Shown piece by piece: positions 41,795 to 64,000 of a DNA stretch of 64,000 bases. The DNA is from Octopus vulgaris (taxonomy: Eukaryota), in NCBI GenBank assembly GCA_951406725.2, contig OX597823.1:106268001-106332000 (forward strand). The letters run 5' to 3'. The position numbers and the translations under genes were made by a program. A model generated the notes under the pieces. It was not told where the DNA came from. It ran no database searches and saw only the letters and a list, made by a program, of their open reading frames with translations. Numbering within the stretch: position 1 is the stretch's first letter; each line of letters begins with the position of its first letter.

Positions 41795-41984
41795 CGCACG
41801 CACATGCACATTTACACACATGAGGACACTGACCCAGCATACACACACATAAATGCACACACTCACTCACACAGAAAAACTCACACATACACTTGCACAT
41901 CAATAGATAAATGTTTGTAGATATATAAGCCCATACATACAAGCATGCACACTTGTATATATGCATATATAATATATATATGCA

Positions 41985-42029
<45 letters not shown>

Positions 42030-42264
42030 CACACACTCACGCATATATGTACATATATATATATATGTGTATGTATATATATATATATGTATATATGTAT
42101 GAATGTATGTATGGATGTGTATGTGTTCATACATGATGTGCCTTTCCAAAACTGAATTTTTAACTCTATTATCCGTTTTGTGGACTTCATTGCAGTTATA
42201 TATATATATATATATATATGTATATCTGTATGTGTGTGTGTGTGCGTGTATGTATGAACGTATG

Positions 42265-42295
<31 letters not shown>

Positions 42296-42345
42296 CCATT
42301 TTTATATTCATATATGTATATATAGGCACTCACATACATATATGC

Positions 42346-42385
<40 letters not shown>

Positions 42386-42533
42386 ATATGTAAGAACCTG
42401 TATGCATGTCTATCTATATATACATATATATTTACATGCACTATACTTATGTTTGTAAGAATACACACACACACACACATATATGTCGATAAATATATAT
42501 ATATATATATGTATGCATATATTTTATTTATTA

Positions 42534-42608
<75 letters not shown>

Positions 42609-42704
42609 TATATATATATATAAATATAGCATGCATGTATGCTTGTATAAAAATCACACATTACCATGGTAATACATGGTAATGTATATATATGTATGTG
42701 TATA

Positions 42705-42781
<77 letters not shown>

Positions 42782-42915
42782 ATATATATATATGCATATA
42801 TATATATATATATATATATACACGTGCACATGCATATACACTTATATACACTTATATTTACGTCCCCACACAACCACCACCTCCACCACCAGCACCACTA
42901 CCACCAACACATCCA

Positions 42916-42952
<37 letters not shown>

Positions 42953-43267
42953 CTCGTTTTCCTCCTCCCCATCCTCCCCCCCCATTTTCAATCTCACCGC
43001 TCCGTCCACTCTAATGTTTCCGAGATAGCCATGGCAATCAACTGGACAGAAGGCGGCGCAGGATTTGAGCTAACATTGAATGTCTGTGTGTTGAGGGAGA
43101 TGGAGTTGGCGGGTGTTGGTGGGGTGGTAGATTAGGGAGTCAGCTATCCCCTGTAATTCTACATTTACCACTCTATCAATTCTTTCCCCTTACATTCCTT
43201 TTACTTTCACCATTCCTTTTTTGTCTTCTTTTTTTCCTTTCATATTTCAATATATATATACATACAT

Positions 43268-43436
<169 letters not shown>

Positions 43437-43449
43437 GTTTTTCATTGCT

Positions 43450-52600
<9,151 letters not shown>

Positions 52601-52845
52601 TCCTCTCTGAATATACATATACATATACACACACACGCGCACATGTTCCACACACACACATGCACAAAAACACACACACACACACTACATATTCGTACAC
52701 ATATTAGTGTGTGTATCTTTGGTGACGCAAACTATATCTCAAAAGACATGACAGTATATATTTTATTCGACAAACAGTAGAAGTTACAGAGTGACTCAAG
52801 AGGTGAGAGTTTCGTGCAGTACAACCTATCCGCCGATTAATGATG

Positions 52846-52917
<72 letters not shown>

Positions 52918-52931
52918 GTTATTATTATTAT

Positions 52932-52965
<34 letters not shown>

Positions 52966-52969
<4 letters not shown>

Positions 52970-53119
52970 TAGGCACAAGGTATTGAAAATCTGGTGGGGG
53001 GGGGGCAAGGGGCCTATGTGGATTACATCGACTGGTACTTATTTCATCGACTCCGAAAGATGAAAGGCAATGTCAACCTCGGCAGATTTTGAACTCAGAA
53101 CGTAGCAGCTCGCCGCCTT
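52966..53119 (-). mobile_element. SINE group B with internal deletion
   Basis: ctggtacttatttcatcgactccgaaagatgaaaggcaatgtcaacctcggcagattttgaactcagaacgtag-cagctcgccgcctt. Confidence 0.85.
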
Positions 53120-53162
53120 CATAATAATACAACTAATAATAATGATGATAATGAAGACGATG

Positions 53163-53217
<55 letters not shown>

Positions 53218-53221
53218 TAAT

Positions 53222-53350
53222 AAGGATTTCAAATTCTGGCACAGTAGGGGCAATTTTAGGGAGAGGTGTACGTCGATATAATCAATCCCAAAATTCGACG
53301 GGAACTTATTTTATCGATAGTGAATTGATGACAAGCCAAGTCAACGCCTG
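53222..53350 (-). mobile_element. SINE group B, 3' fragment
   Basis: gatttcaaattctggcaca...acttattttatcga. Confidence 0.6.
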
Positions 53351-53525
53351 CAGCATTATCAGTATTTTGTATATGAATATACGAATGCGTGTGTGTGTAT
53401 ATATATATATATGTGTGTATGTATGCGTGTATATGTATATATATATATATAGAGAGAGAGAGAGCGTGAGAGAGTGAGAGATAAATATATATGCATATCT
53501 ACACCTATATCTACATATATATGTA

Positions 53526-53612
<87 letters not shown>

Positions 53613-53952
53613 TAATATATGTGTGTATATATATATTTCTATACAACTCTATATATACATCGGTACGCACGCATATATGTATATGTGTGAATGTATGTGA
53701 GTGTATGTATATATATAGTGTGTGTGTGTACGTATGTATGTGTGTATAACTTTCGACGTAATTGTATTCCTTTTACTTAAGTATTTGTAAGTATAAATAC
53801 ACTCACACGTAAACAAGAATATATACATATATGTAAATACCCCTGGTATATCATATACTTGTATTTATATATATATATATATATATATATTCATGTATGT
53901 CTGTCTGTGTGAATGTATATAGGTATAAATATATGTAAGAATATGTATGAAA

Positions 53953-54058
<106 letters not shown>

Positions 54059-54184
54059 CATATGGATAGACAGATAGATAGAAATTGATCGAAATATATC
54101 TACTTACATCTATATAAATACTTTTACACATTTATCTAAATACAAACACGTGCATGTGTAATTGCATAGACACACACACACACG

Positions 54185-54250
<66 letters not shown>

Positions 54251-54251
54251 T

Positions 54252-54794
<543 letters not shown>

Positions 54795-54998
54795 TATATA
54801 TATAATTGTGTTATGTGTCTGTTTATATCTCTCTACGTATTTATCTATCAGTCTGAGTATTTGTCTATGTATGCAAGTTGATATATATATATATATATAT
54901 ATACATATATATGTATATATATAAAATTATAAATGTAGATATGTATATTTCTGCATGCATAAATATATAAGTATGAAGAATACGATCCTATGTGTGTG

Positions 54999-55064
<66 letters not shown>

Positions 55065-55818
55065 TATATAAGTATGTATATATATATATATGTAGGTATA
55101 TATATATATATATACCTATATAAATATATAGGTATGTAGATATGTACATATATGTATGTATATATGCATATATTTATATATTATTTATATTATTATATAT
55201 ATATACACATATACATACATACATGCATACATATATACATACATGTATTCACGTGTTTGTGTGTGCGTGTGTGTGTGTGTATCAGTACCTAGGCAACCAA
55301 CCAAGTACTTTACTCCCTGGTTCTGGTCATCTCTGTCTCCCTCATTCTGTGTCTCCCCACCGTCCATCCATCCATCCATCCAACCGTCCGTCCCTCCATC
55401 CATCCATCCAACCGTCCGTCCCTCCATCCATCTAACCCTCCCTCCACCTATTACCATATGCTGATACAAACACAAAAAATATAAGTAATGGCTATTCTGA
55501 AGAAAATGACCGTATGGAGACCACTCTATACATTCTTCTTCATCCATATTAAAACTCCATCCTTTCTTTGTACCAGCCTCAAACATTTTCCTCCACCCCT
55601 CTTACCAACTTCCCCCTATTCCCATTGCTGCCTCCATTCAAATCCCTTTCTTTAATACTTACTCTCCTATTTTACTTACGCTTCGATATATGTATACACA
55701 CATATATATATATTTCTTTTATGCATTCTGTTTAAAATAAAAAAAAAGTATATATACACGTATATATCAATGTGCGTGTATATATATATGTGTGTGGTGT
55801 GTGCGTATATATATATAT

Positions 55819-55887
<69 letters not shown>

Positions 55888-56183
55888 ACTTTCTCTCTCT
55901 ACTTTGGCATTCCTATCTACTATTAATTATCTTCCCATTACCTAGCGCTCCCCACCAAAAAACAAAATTATATAATCCATCTTCTAATTCATCTATTACT
56001 TTTTGACTTAATTACTATATTTAAATTTCAACTTTTAAAATATTTTCACAAATTACGAAAAATTTCTTATTTCTAACAAGTCATGGTAGTAATTTTTTTT
56101 TTTTTTACAGCTAATTAATATTTAATCAAAACTGTTAATTCCCGTAAAATGTTTGATTTTCAGACGTACTCATCTTTTTAAAT

Positions 56184-56338
56184 CAGTGCTCCGCAATGCG
56201 GCACACTTATATTCTTTTCAAATTTGGGCGTCACACCTGAACTCAAAATATTACTAAAAGTGTAGGGGAAATAAATTATATTCAGGTTACACTGCGGCAC
56301 ACCTAGCATCGCCGTGGCACAGCCGCTGCGCAGCACTG
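56184..56338. mobile_element. hAT (Charlie-type) MITE
   Basis: TIRs cagtgctccgca / tgcgcagcactg (1 mismatch), 8-bp flanks ttttaaat / atttaaat (7/8), subterminal gcggcacac repeats. Confidence 0.75.
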
Positions 56339-56384
56339 ATTTAAATAGTTCTTGTTATGCACATCTCTCACTGTTTTTTACATT

Positions 56385-56773
56385 TTTCTATCTCCTACTT
56401 GTTTCAGTTATTAGGCTGCGGTCAGGCTGGGGCACCGCCTTCAAGAGATTTTAGACGAACGAATTGACCCCAGTACTTATTATTTTAAAGCCTGGGACTA
56501 ATTGTATCGGTGTTTTTTAGCGAGCCGCTGAGTTGCGTGGACGAAAACAAACCAACTCCGGTTATCAAGCGATGGTGACACACACTCACATATATATGTA
56601 TATATATAAATTCACACACATATATATATATGTCGGGCTATTTTCAGTTTACGTCTAGCAAATCAATTCATCCAGCATTGGTTTATCCAAGGCTACATGT
56701 TAGAAGACACTGGGACAGAACCCGAAACCATGTGATTAGAAAGCAAGTCCTTTACCACACAGCCATGCCTGCG
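56385..56773 (-). mobile_element. SINE group A, diverged
   Basis: tacttgtttcagttatt...gcaccgccttcaag...ttaccacacagccatgcctgcg. Confidence 0.85.
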
Positions 56774-57261
56774 ACTTTAAAGCTTTAATTGATATGTGTA
56801 CACACCGTATTAATTCTTTATCTTACTCACCATATTTACTTCTACCTCGTATTTAACCCCCTTCAGGTGCTCTCTTTTATTTACACTCTTTTCTTAATTT
56901 TATTTTTAATTACCTTCACATATTTTACTTTATTTAACTTGCTTCCTTCCTTCGACTTTCGCATTTGCATCCAAACAAGGACATTCCTTGCCCACAAGGG
57001 AGACTTTGCCAGATGCCAGATACCGTATTGCGCAGTCATACCAGAAGACAGCAAATGAGATTATGGATATGTGTGTATATATATATATATACATTCACAC
57101 GTACAGACATGAGTATATGCCTATATATGTGTGTATGTATATATATATAAATATGTGTGTATGTATGTATGTATATGCACACATATACACAGACACACAC
57201 AAACATATATATATATTATATATATAGGTATATATATACATATATATATATATATGCCTAT

Positions 57262-57307
<46 letters not shown>

Positions 57308-57310
<3 letters not shown>

Positions 57311-57458
57311 TAATCTCAAGATTAATCAGCCGAAATTACTACGATGATCCGGTTCTTGACTGAAGACTGAGGGTTTCGAATGTCCTGTCCGTGTTTATTG
57401 TATCGTCTTCTAAGAGTTATACGTTCTTGTCCATGTTGTATTTTTCTACATACCTTAA
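57308..57458 (+). mobile_element. Penelope-like short fragment in (TA)n
   Basis: Homologous to 20965-21200; includes the hammerhead-like remnant ctgaagactgagggtttcgaa. Confidence 0.65.
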
Positions 57459-57703
57459 TATATATATATATATATATATATGTTATATATTATATATATA
57501 TATATATATAGGTATATTAATAAAAAGAATTCCAACCTTGTCTGATTTTCACGTTTTATTTACAATCTTATAATGATATATTATAAGATAATATATTATA
57601 ATTGAATAAAATAAAATGAAATAGTAGAATGTTAAATATTCATTCTGATTGTATATATATATATTGTATATATATTGTATATATATACATATATTTTTAC
57701 TTT

Positions 57704-57773
<70 letters not shown>

Positions 57774-57814
57774 CTCATGGTTCTATAAAGCAAGGGAAAT
57801 AGAAAAGTCTATAT

Positions 57815-57960
57815 CGCAGGCGTGGCTGTGTGGTTTGTTTCCTAACTTCATGGTTCCGGACTCAGTAGCACTTTGGCCAAGTTTCTTCTACAACAGCCTC
57901 AGGACGACCAAAGCCTTTTCAGTCGATTGTTGGTAAGACACAAACAAAACGAAGCTCATC
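57815..57960 (+). mobile_element. SINE group A, 5' half, decayed
   Basis: cgcaggcgtggctgtgtgg...catggttccggactcagt...tttggccaagtttcttctacaacagcctc. Confidence 0.75.
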
Positions 57961-57962
57961 AC

Positions 57963-57993
<31 letters not shown>

Positions 57994-57994
57994 A

Positions 57995-58215
57995 TTTTAA
58001 TCCAAACGGGAAACAAAAAAACAACAACAATGGAACAATTACAGTATTATTATTAATAGGCGCTCAGGAAATGGAAGCAGGGAGGTATGACGTTTCGAGC
58101 GGAGCTCTTCGTCGGAAACATAAAGAAGGAAGAGAGAGGAAAGAAAGATCCCGGAGCGAGCAACGGAGATAGAGAAAAAAACGACTGGTGTTAGGAGTAG
58201 CACATGGTGAAAGGC
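57995..58215 (-). mobile_element. Penelope-like short element (same family as 6275-6490)
   Basis: acgtttcgagcggagctcttcgtcggaaacata is shared exactly with the 6388-6420 copy. Confidence 0.7.
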
Positions 58216-58480
58216 GGATGTTTACGATAACAAGAGCAAAGTGGGTTTTTAAAGGCAAAAGAGTGGAGATAAGGTTGGTAACGCAACAGATGTGTGTGTA
58301 TGTGTGAGTGTGTGCGTGTGCGTGTGTGTATGTGTGTGTGTGAGGCGAGGTAAAAAAACAAAAAATATGAGGTAGGGCGAGACGGTGGTCAGCATAGCAG
58401 CAGCATAGCAGACAAAGGTCAGTAGTAAGAAAAGGGAGGAAGGAGGAAGGGAGGTAGGGGAAGGGGTGGGGGCGTATGTA

Positions 58481-58519
<39 letters not shown>

Positions 58520-58520
<1 letters not shown>

Positions 58521-58745
58521 TTTTTTAATCTTTTACTTGTTTCAATTATTTGACTGCGGCCAAACTGAAACACCGCCCTTAGTCGAGGAAATCGAACCCA
58601 GAACTTATTCTTTGTAAGCCTAGTACTTATTCTATTGATCTTTTTGCTATAGTAGGAAAAACTCTTGCCCAAATTGCCATCCAGTAGGACTGAACCCCGA
58701 ACCATGTGGTTAGTAAGCAAGCTACTTACCACACAGCCACTCCTA

Positions 58746-58748
<3 letters not shown>
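58520..58748 (-). mobile_element. SINE group A with central deletion
   Basis: The 3' part (..tagtacttattctattgatctttttgc) is fused to the 5' part (tatagtaggaaaactcttgccca...ttaccacacagccactcctacgc). Confidence 0.85.
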
Positions 58749-58788
<40 letters not shown>

Positions 58789-58875
58789 TATATATATATA
58801 CATATTTATGTATCTATATATGTGTGAGTGTATGTACAAATATGTATTATATATTTGCATATATATATTCATACA

Positions 58876-58972
<97 letters not shown>

Positions 58973-59224
58973 GCATGTATGTATACCTGCATACATACGA
59001 TGAACTCTCCATGGAGCTTAAACCTGACATGGCTCACAAGGCCAAGTTGAGAATGGAACAATCTCGAGTACTGAGTATATATATATATATATATGGCGGT
59101 GCCCCAGCATGGCCACAGCTCATGAGCTGAAACTAGAATCAATCATATATATATATGCATGCATATATATATGGGGGGGGTCTTCTACTGCAGACACCTA
59201 TTTCAGTCTCTATTATCTACCAAG

Positions 59225-59345
59225 CATTGCCTCTCAAAGCCTGGCACAAAGCCAGCATTCTCAGGGAGTGGGTAAGTCGATTACATCGACTCCAGTATTC
59301 AACAGGTATTTATTTTATTGCGGGCAGGCGAACTTGAACCCGAAA
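59225..59345 (-). mobile_element. SINE group B, 3' fragment
   Basis: ggcacaaagccagca...gtcgattacatcgactccagtattcaacaggtatttatttt. Confidence 0.65.
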
Positions 59346-59569
59346 CTATTGCAATTCAATTCCGCAGTGAATTTGTATCACCGAACGTCTCCCTCTCTCC
59401 CTCTCTTCCTCCTTCGTTCTCACGTATTTCTCAGTTGTTTCACTTTCGCAATTCTTCTTCTCACCAATCCCCCTTCTAGTCATTTCTTACATAGAAGACT
59501 CAAACATCCACCCTGATAAGCCTTTCGTTCTCCTTCCTCATACCTACCTTACAATACCTACCTGCCATT

Positions 59570-59900
59570 TATCAAAGAATCTCATCTCCCTTGTTCAATT
59601 GTACAATATTCCCCACATTTCCTATAAAACCTTTCTTGTCGGGTTAAAATAGTACAGTGGATTCGGCATTTCAACTCCGACCTCATTGGTCATGAAATCC
59701 AGTTGTTCCTGTACGCATGTACGGCGTCAGTTCACCAAACGCGGTAAACTAATAGAGCTTTGATCTCTCAAGAACCTTATATATGATAAGCTGATCCGTT
59801 ATTCCAAGAACAATTAGTAATCTCTCGTTCATTTCACTCCATCCCATGAAACTGGAGCGAATATAAGCCAACGATGGAGCTTTAATACTGTAGCACGATC
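59570..59900 (-). pseudogene. Possible very old LINE AP-endonuclease remnant
   Basis: Across frames: RSSFMGWSEMNERLLIV ... QEQLDFMTNEVG ... FIGNVG..LNKGDEIL loosely parallels the RTE APE motifs (W.P.NERL, GDFNAKVG, G..G....N.NGE.L). Confidence 0.3.
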
Positions 59901-60280
59901 TGTTTGTAATAACGAACAAATTTCGTTCAAATGACAACTTATCATAACGCTCATAACGTCAAATCAATGGGATGGACACGGGTGGATTGTATTTTAGACT
60001 ACGCCTGCACAATAAGGGTGCGTCAGAAGCTTGATAGAAACAACAACTCGACCTTTAAGCCCACCGAATCCAAATACTCTCGTAGAAGAACTATATACGC
60101 AAACACACCTACATACAAAATAATACAAACGAATATGTGTGCATGTATATATACATACATACATGCATATTCATATATACGTTATATAGCTCTATAAACA
60201 TGCGTATATAAATATGTGTGCACGTGTGCGTATATGGACATGCGTATGTGTGTGAGCGTGTATGTGCATATATATATATT

Positions 60281-60311
<31 letters not shown>

Positions 60312-60313
<2 letters not shown>

Positions 60314-60673
60314 TACAGTAGAAGAATACACCTGGAGATATGGTTACAATTTTTTTTTGTTATTATATAAAATATTACATAATCTGTACACGTGTTCCAC
60401 TAGTGTATAGTAGAACATTATGTGATACTTGTTGTGTAAACGGTTGCGTAATCACCCCATAAAACCATATCAATTCTTGGTTACTAACGTTCGTTGGTAG
60501 AGAGATACAAACTGAGAAACTGTGTTATAGGATTATTACTCAACCGCCTTTATAACGATTACTGCATAAGCATAGTAGTGTTCGCTAGTGGAACAAGTGT
60601 TAAGATTGTGTAAATCATAATATAATGATTAAAAATTTGCCACTAAACCTGCAGCTTTATTCTGATACTAGAT
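60312..60673. mobile_element. Old foldback MITE with long degenerate arms (TA-CAGT end, Tc1/pogo-like)
   Basis: Left ttacataatctgtacacgtgttccactagtg vs reverse-complemented right ttacacaatcttaacacttgttccactagcg; cggttgcgtaat vs cggttgagtaat; similarity extends to both ends. Confidence 0.75.
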
Positions 60674-60823
60674 ATTCATTCTGTAATCTATTTAAATGTA
60701 CATAACACCAAACTAAATTCGTTTAATACTTGGTAGTAGGTTGGAACATACATAGGTTTACCTGGAAATCCTAGCAGAGCTTACGTTTACGCTATCTTAT
60801 TCAAAATAGCAACATTTCCAGAT

Positions 60824-60914
<91 letters not shown>

Positions 60915-61969
60915 ATTACCTATATGCCTGTCTGTTTATATGTCTGTATGTATGTATGCATGTATGCATATATGTATGTTTGTATGTATGCATGTATATA
61001 TGTATGTACGTACGCATGTATGTATGTACGTTTGTGTGCAGGTACCTATATATTCTTCTGGTGAAAGTCAATTTGTGATCGAGTCAGACAAAATTCCTAC
61101 ACTCAATAAGTCCATGGAAATATTCTGAGAATCCAAGGAGTTCCTTCGCGTGAGTCTGCTCTGAGCGGATGGCGTGCAGCACATCGCTGAATTCACTTTT
61201 CAGCCAAATCTGCTTCGGAACCAATGGCACAACTGTGGTTGAGACGACTGAAAATCAACTGCACTTCAGGGTTTTGGGACAAGTTTAACTTCTTCTAGAA
61301 GGAAGTTCTAACGAGAACCATGGTTCTTTCACTCCCAGTAGTTTACGAGCTAGTTAACCAATAGCTAGGTCCCTGAAAGGCGCTACTACTCCAAGTCAGA
61401 GAAAATCTGAAAAAATTAGAGGTTGAAATAGTTCCACACTCCTCAACACTGGAACTACCAAGGGGCGACTACAGGATGCAGTTTAACGTCATACCCAGAA
61501 CATATGTATCTATACACACACACACGCACACACACACACACATACACACACATATATATATATATACACATATATACATATATATATATATATTAATATA
61601 TATATATATATTTATAAAGATAGTGCGTGTGTGTGTGCGTGTGTGTGTGTGTCTGCGTGCGCGTGTGTGTGTGTGTGTACGTGTGTGTGTGTGTGTGTGT
61701 GTCTGCGTGCGTGTGTGTGTGTACGTGTGTGTGTGTGTGCGTTTGTGAATAGATGATGAATATGTGTGGCAACGTTGTCTCCTTACATATTTATGATTTG
61801 GACACAACACCGAAGGCTAAAACAAAATAATTGTTCTGTCGAAATTTTAACTGAACCATTCATTAAAATATAGAATAACAATAAACACAAAAACTTATAA
61901 TATTTTCGAGTCGGTTTGATCCGCCCCCACACACGAACACACTGAAAACGGTGCCCAAGTCTAGTTGCA

Positions 61970-62256
61970 ATATTACGACGACGAGGGTTCCAGTTGATCC
62001 GATCAACGGAACAGCCTGTTCGTGAAATTAACGTGCAAGTGGCTGAGTCCTCCACAGACACGTGTATCCTTAACGTAGTTCTCAGGGTGATTCAACGTGA
62101 CATAGAATGTGTCAAGGCTGGCCCTTTGAAATACAGGACTACACATTTTTTGCCAGCTGGGTGAAATAGAGCAAGGTGAAATAAAATGTTTCACTCAAGG
62201 ACACAACGGGTCGCCGAGAATTGAACTCGTGAACCTTATCCCTAAGCCACGCGCCT
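61970..62256 (-). mobile_element. SINE group C2
   Basis: ttacgacgacgagggttccagttgatccgatcaacggaacagcc...ctcaaggacacaac...ctaagccacgcgcctt, colinear with 9568-9883. Confidence 0.88.
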
Positions 62257-62459
62257 TTATAGAAAACCAGTAAACGAATTAAAATATATACCGTCGTTGT
62301 GGAGTCCTCTCTTTTTCATTTTTTTTTTTTACTTCGGATTTGTATTTGGTCCTTTCTACCCTCTCCTTCTACCCGCTTCCAGCAACTCTTTTGACTTTTC
62401 CTTTCCACTTTTATCGTTTCACACACGTGTTATTGATGTTCTTGTTGTCATAGTTAACG

Positions 62460-62550
62460 TCGTTGTTATTTAGCCCCAGTACTGACCTGATCAAGGCAAA
62501 ACAGGATCAAAGATATGTTCCGCTTGACCATCGTCCCACTCGCAACATTT
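62460..62550 (+). repeat. Unclassified interspersed repeat D
   Basis: Loose similarity to the minus strand of 14055-14125. Confidence 0.4.
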
Positions 62551-62585
62551 TGATATGCTTATCGTTCGGTCATTTTCCTCCTCTA

Positions 62586-62690
<105 letters not shown>

Positions 62691-62888
62691 TTCATTCATT
62701 CATACACTCTTATTCTTTGTCTTTGTATCTCACTTACTCATTCCCTCTCTCATTCTCTCTCTCTCTCTCTGTATATGTGTGTGTGTGTGTGTGTACACAC
62801 ACACATATATATATACATACATATATACATATATATATACACACACATATATATATGTTTGCATGTATATATATATGTTTGTATGTAT

Positions 62889-62937
<49 letters not shown>

Positions 62938-63249
62938 CACAGACACACAAACACTCCCAAACACACACACACGCACCCCCCTCCACACACACGTATATAT
63001 GTACACATCTTCCTCTAATTTCGTCTCTTTCATTCTCTTGCATATGCTTCCTACCTTTCTCTTCTATCCCTACCGTTCTCCCTCACTCCCTCTCCCCACA
63101 ACCCTTATCGTATTTTGAAAAATTGAATATACAAGGACTAAGAACAATTTTACAAATAAAATAAAAGATAAAATGTAAAAAGTACCATTTCTACCATATC
63201 TCTACCAAAATCCCACTTTACCCTATCTTATTCCTATGGTTATACTTTC

Positions 63250-63258
63250 ATATATCTA

Positions 63259-63317
<59 letters not shown>

Positions 63318-63320
63318 TTA

Positions 63321-63391
<71 letters not shown>

Positions 63392-63555
63392 TAATATAAT
63401 AAATTAATTTTACTCTGCTATGTATTGAGTACCTTATTTACTGTGGTTAACCCGAATCAACCCGGGACCTACATATATATATATATATATATACATATAT
63501 ACATATACATATATATATGTATATATATATATATGTATATGTATATATATATATG

Positions 63556-63614
<59 letters not shown>

Positions 63615-63750
63615 CATATATATACATATATATATACATATATACAAATATATATATATATATATGTATATATATGTATATATATATACATACATATATA
63701 TATACATGTATATATATATATGTATATATATGTATATATGTATATATATA

Positions 63751-63808
<58 letters not shown>
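63250..63808. repeat. (TATC)n and degenerate (TA)n arrays
   Basis: Direct reading. Confidence 0.95.
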
Positions 63809-63811
<3 letters not shown>

Positions 63812-64000
63812 CATTGTAAATTTTGAAACATACAAGCGCACACAAGCACTCGCGCGCACATCCGCGTACACGACTGTATTTAAACACAAAAACCAAAAAC
63901 CAAAAAAAATGACACATTCACATCCTCACACACACGAGCACACACACGCGCCCACATCCTCAGAAGCGCAGAGACACATATTGATATATGAATGCAAATG

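Overview
Eukaryotic, AT-rich, non-coding (intergenic or intronic) window dominated by microsatellites ((TA)n, (CA)n, (TATC)n, (ACAT)n, (AAT)n, (CTT)n) and transposable-element debris. The repeat families and microsatellite load resemble an octopus/coleoid cephalopod genome (inference from recalled repeat sequences, not a database hit). I see no intact protein-coding gene; nearly all ORFs in the track are microsatellite artefacts. Recognisable content: three tRNA-derived SINE groups in many copies, two non-autonomous Helitrons (one carrying a nested mariner-type MITE), a hAT MITE, an old foldback MITE, a decayed RTE LINE 3' end, and Penelope-type short elements with hammerhead-like motifs, including one complete type I hammerhead ribozyme at 20604-20694 (minus strand). 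Best leads: (1) an L1/Tx1-clade retrotransposon whose three independent 5'-truncated copies all sit in (TATC)n arrays with the same 3' junction, a candidate (TATC)n/(GATA)n-targeting element; (2) a second element inserted twice into one (TAA)n array (Dong/R4-like); (3) the hammerhead ribozyme and foldback structures that pivot on hammerhead-like motifs. Repeat boundaries were read by eye and are approximate unless termini are quoted.
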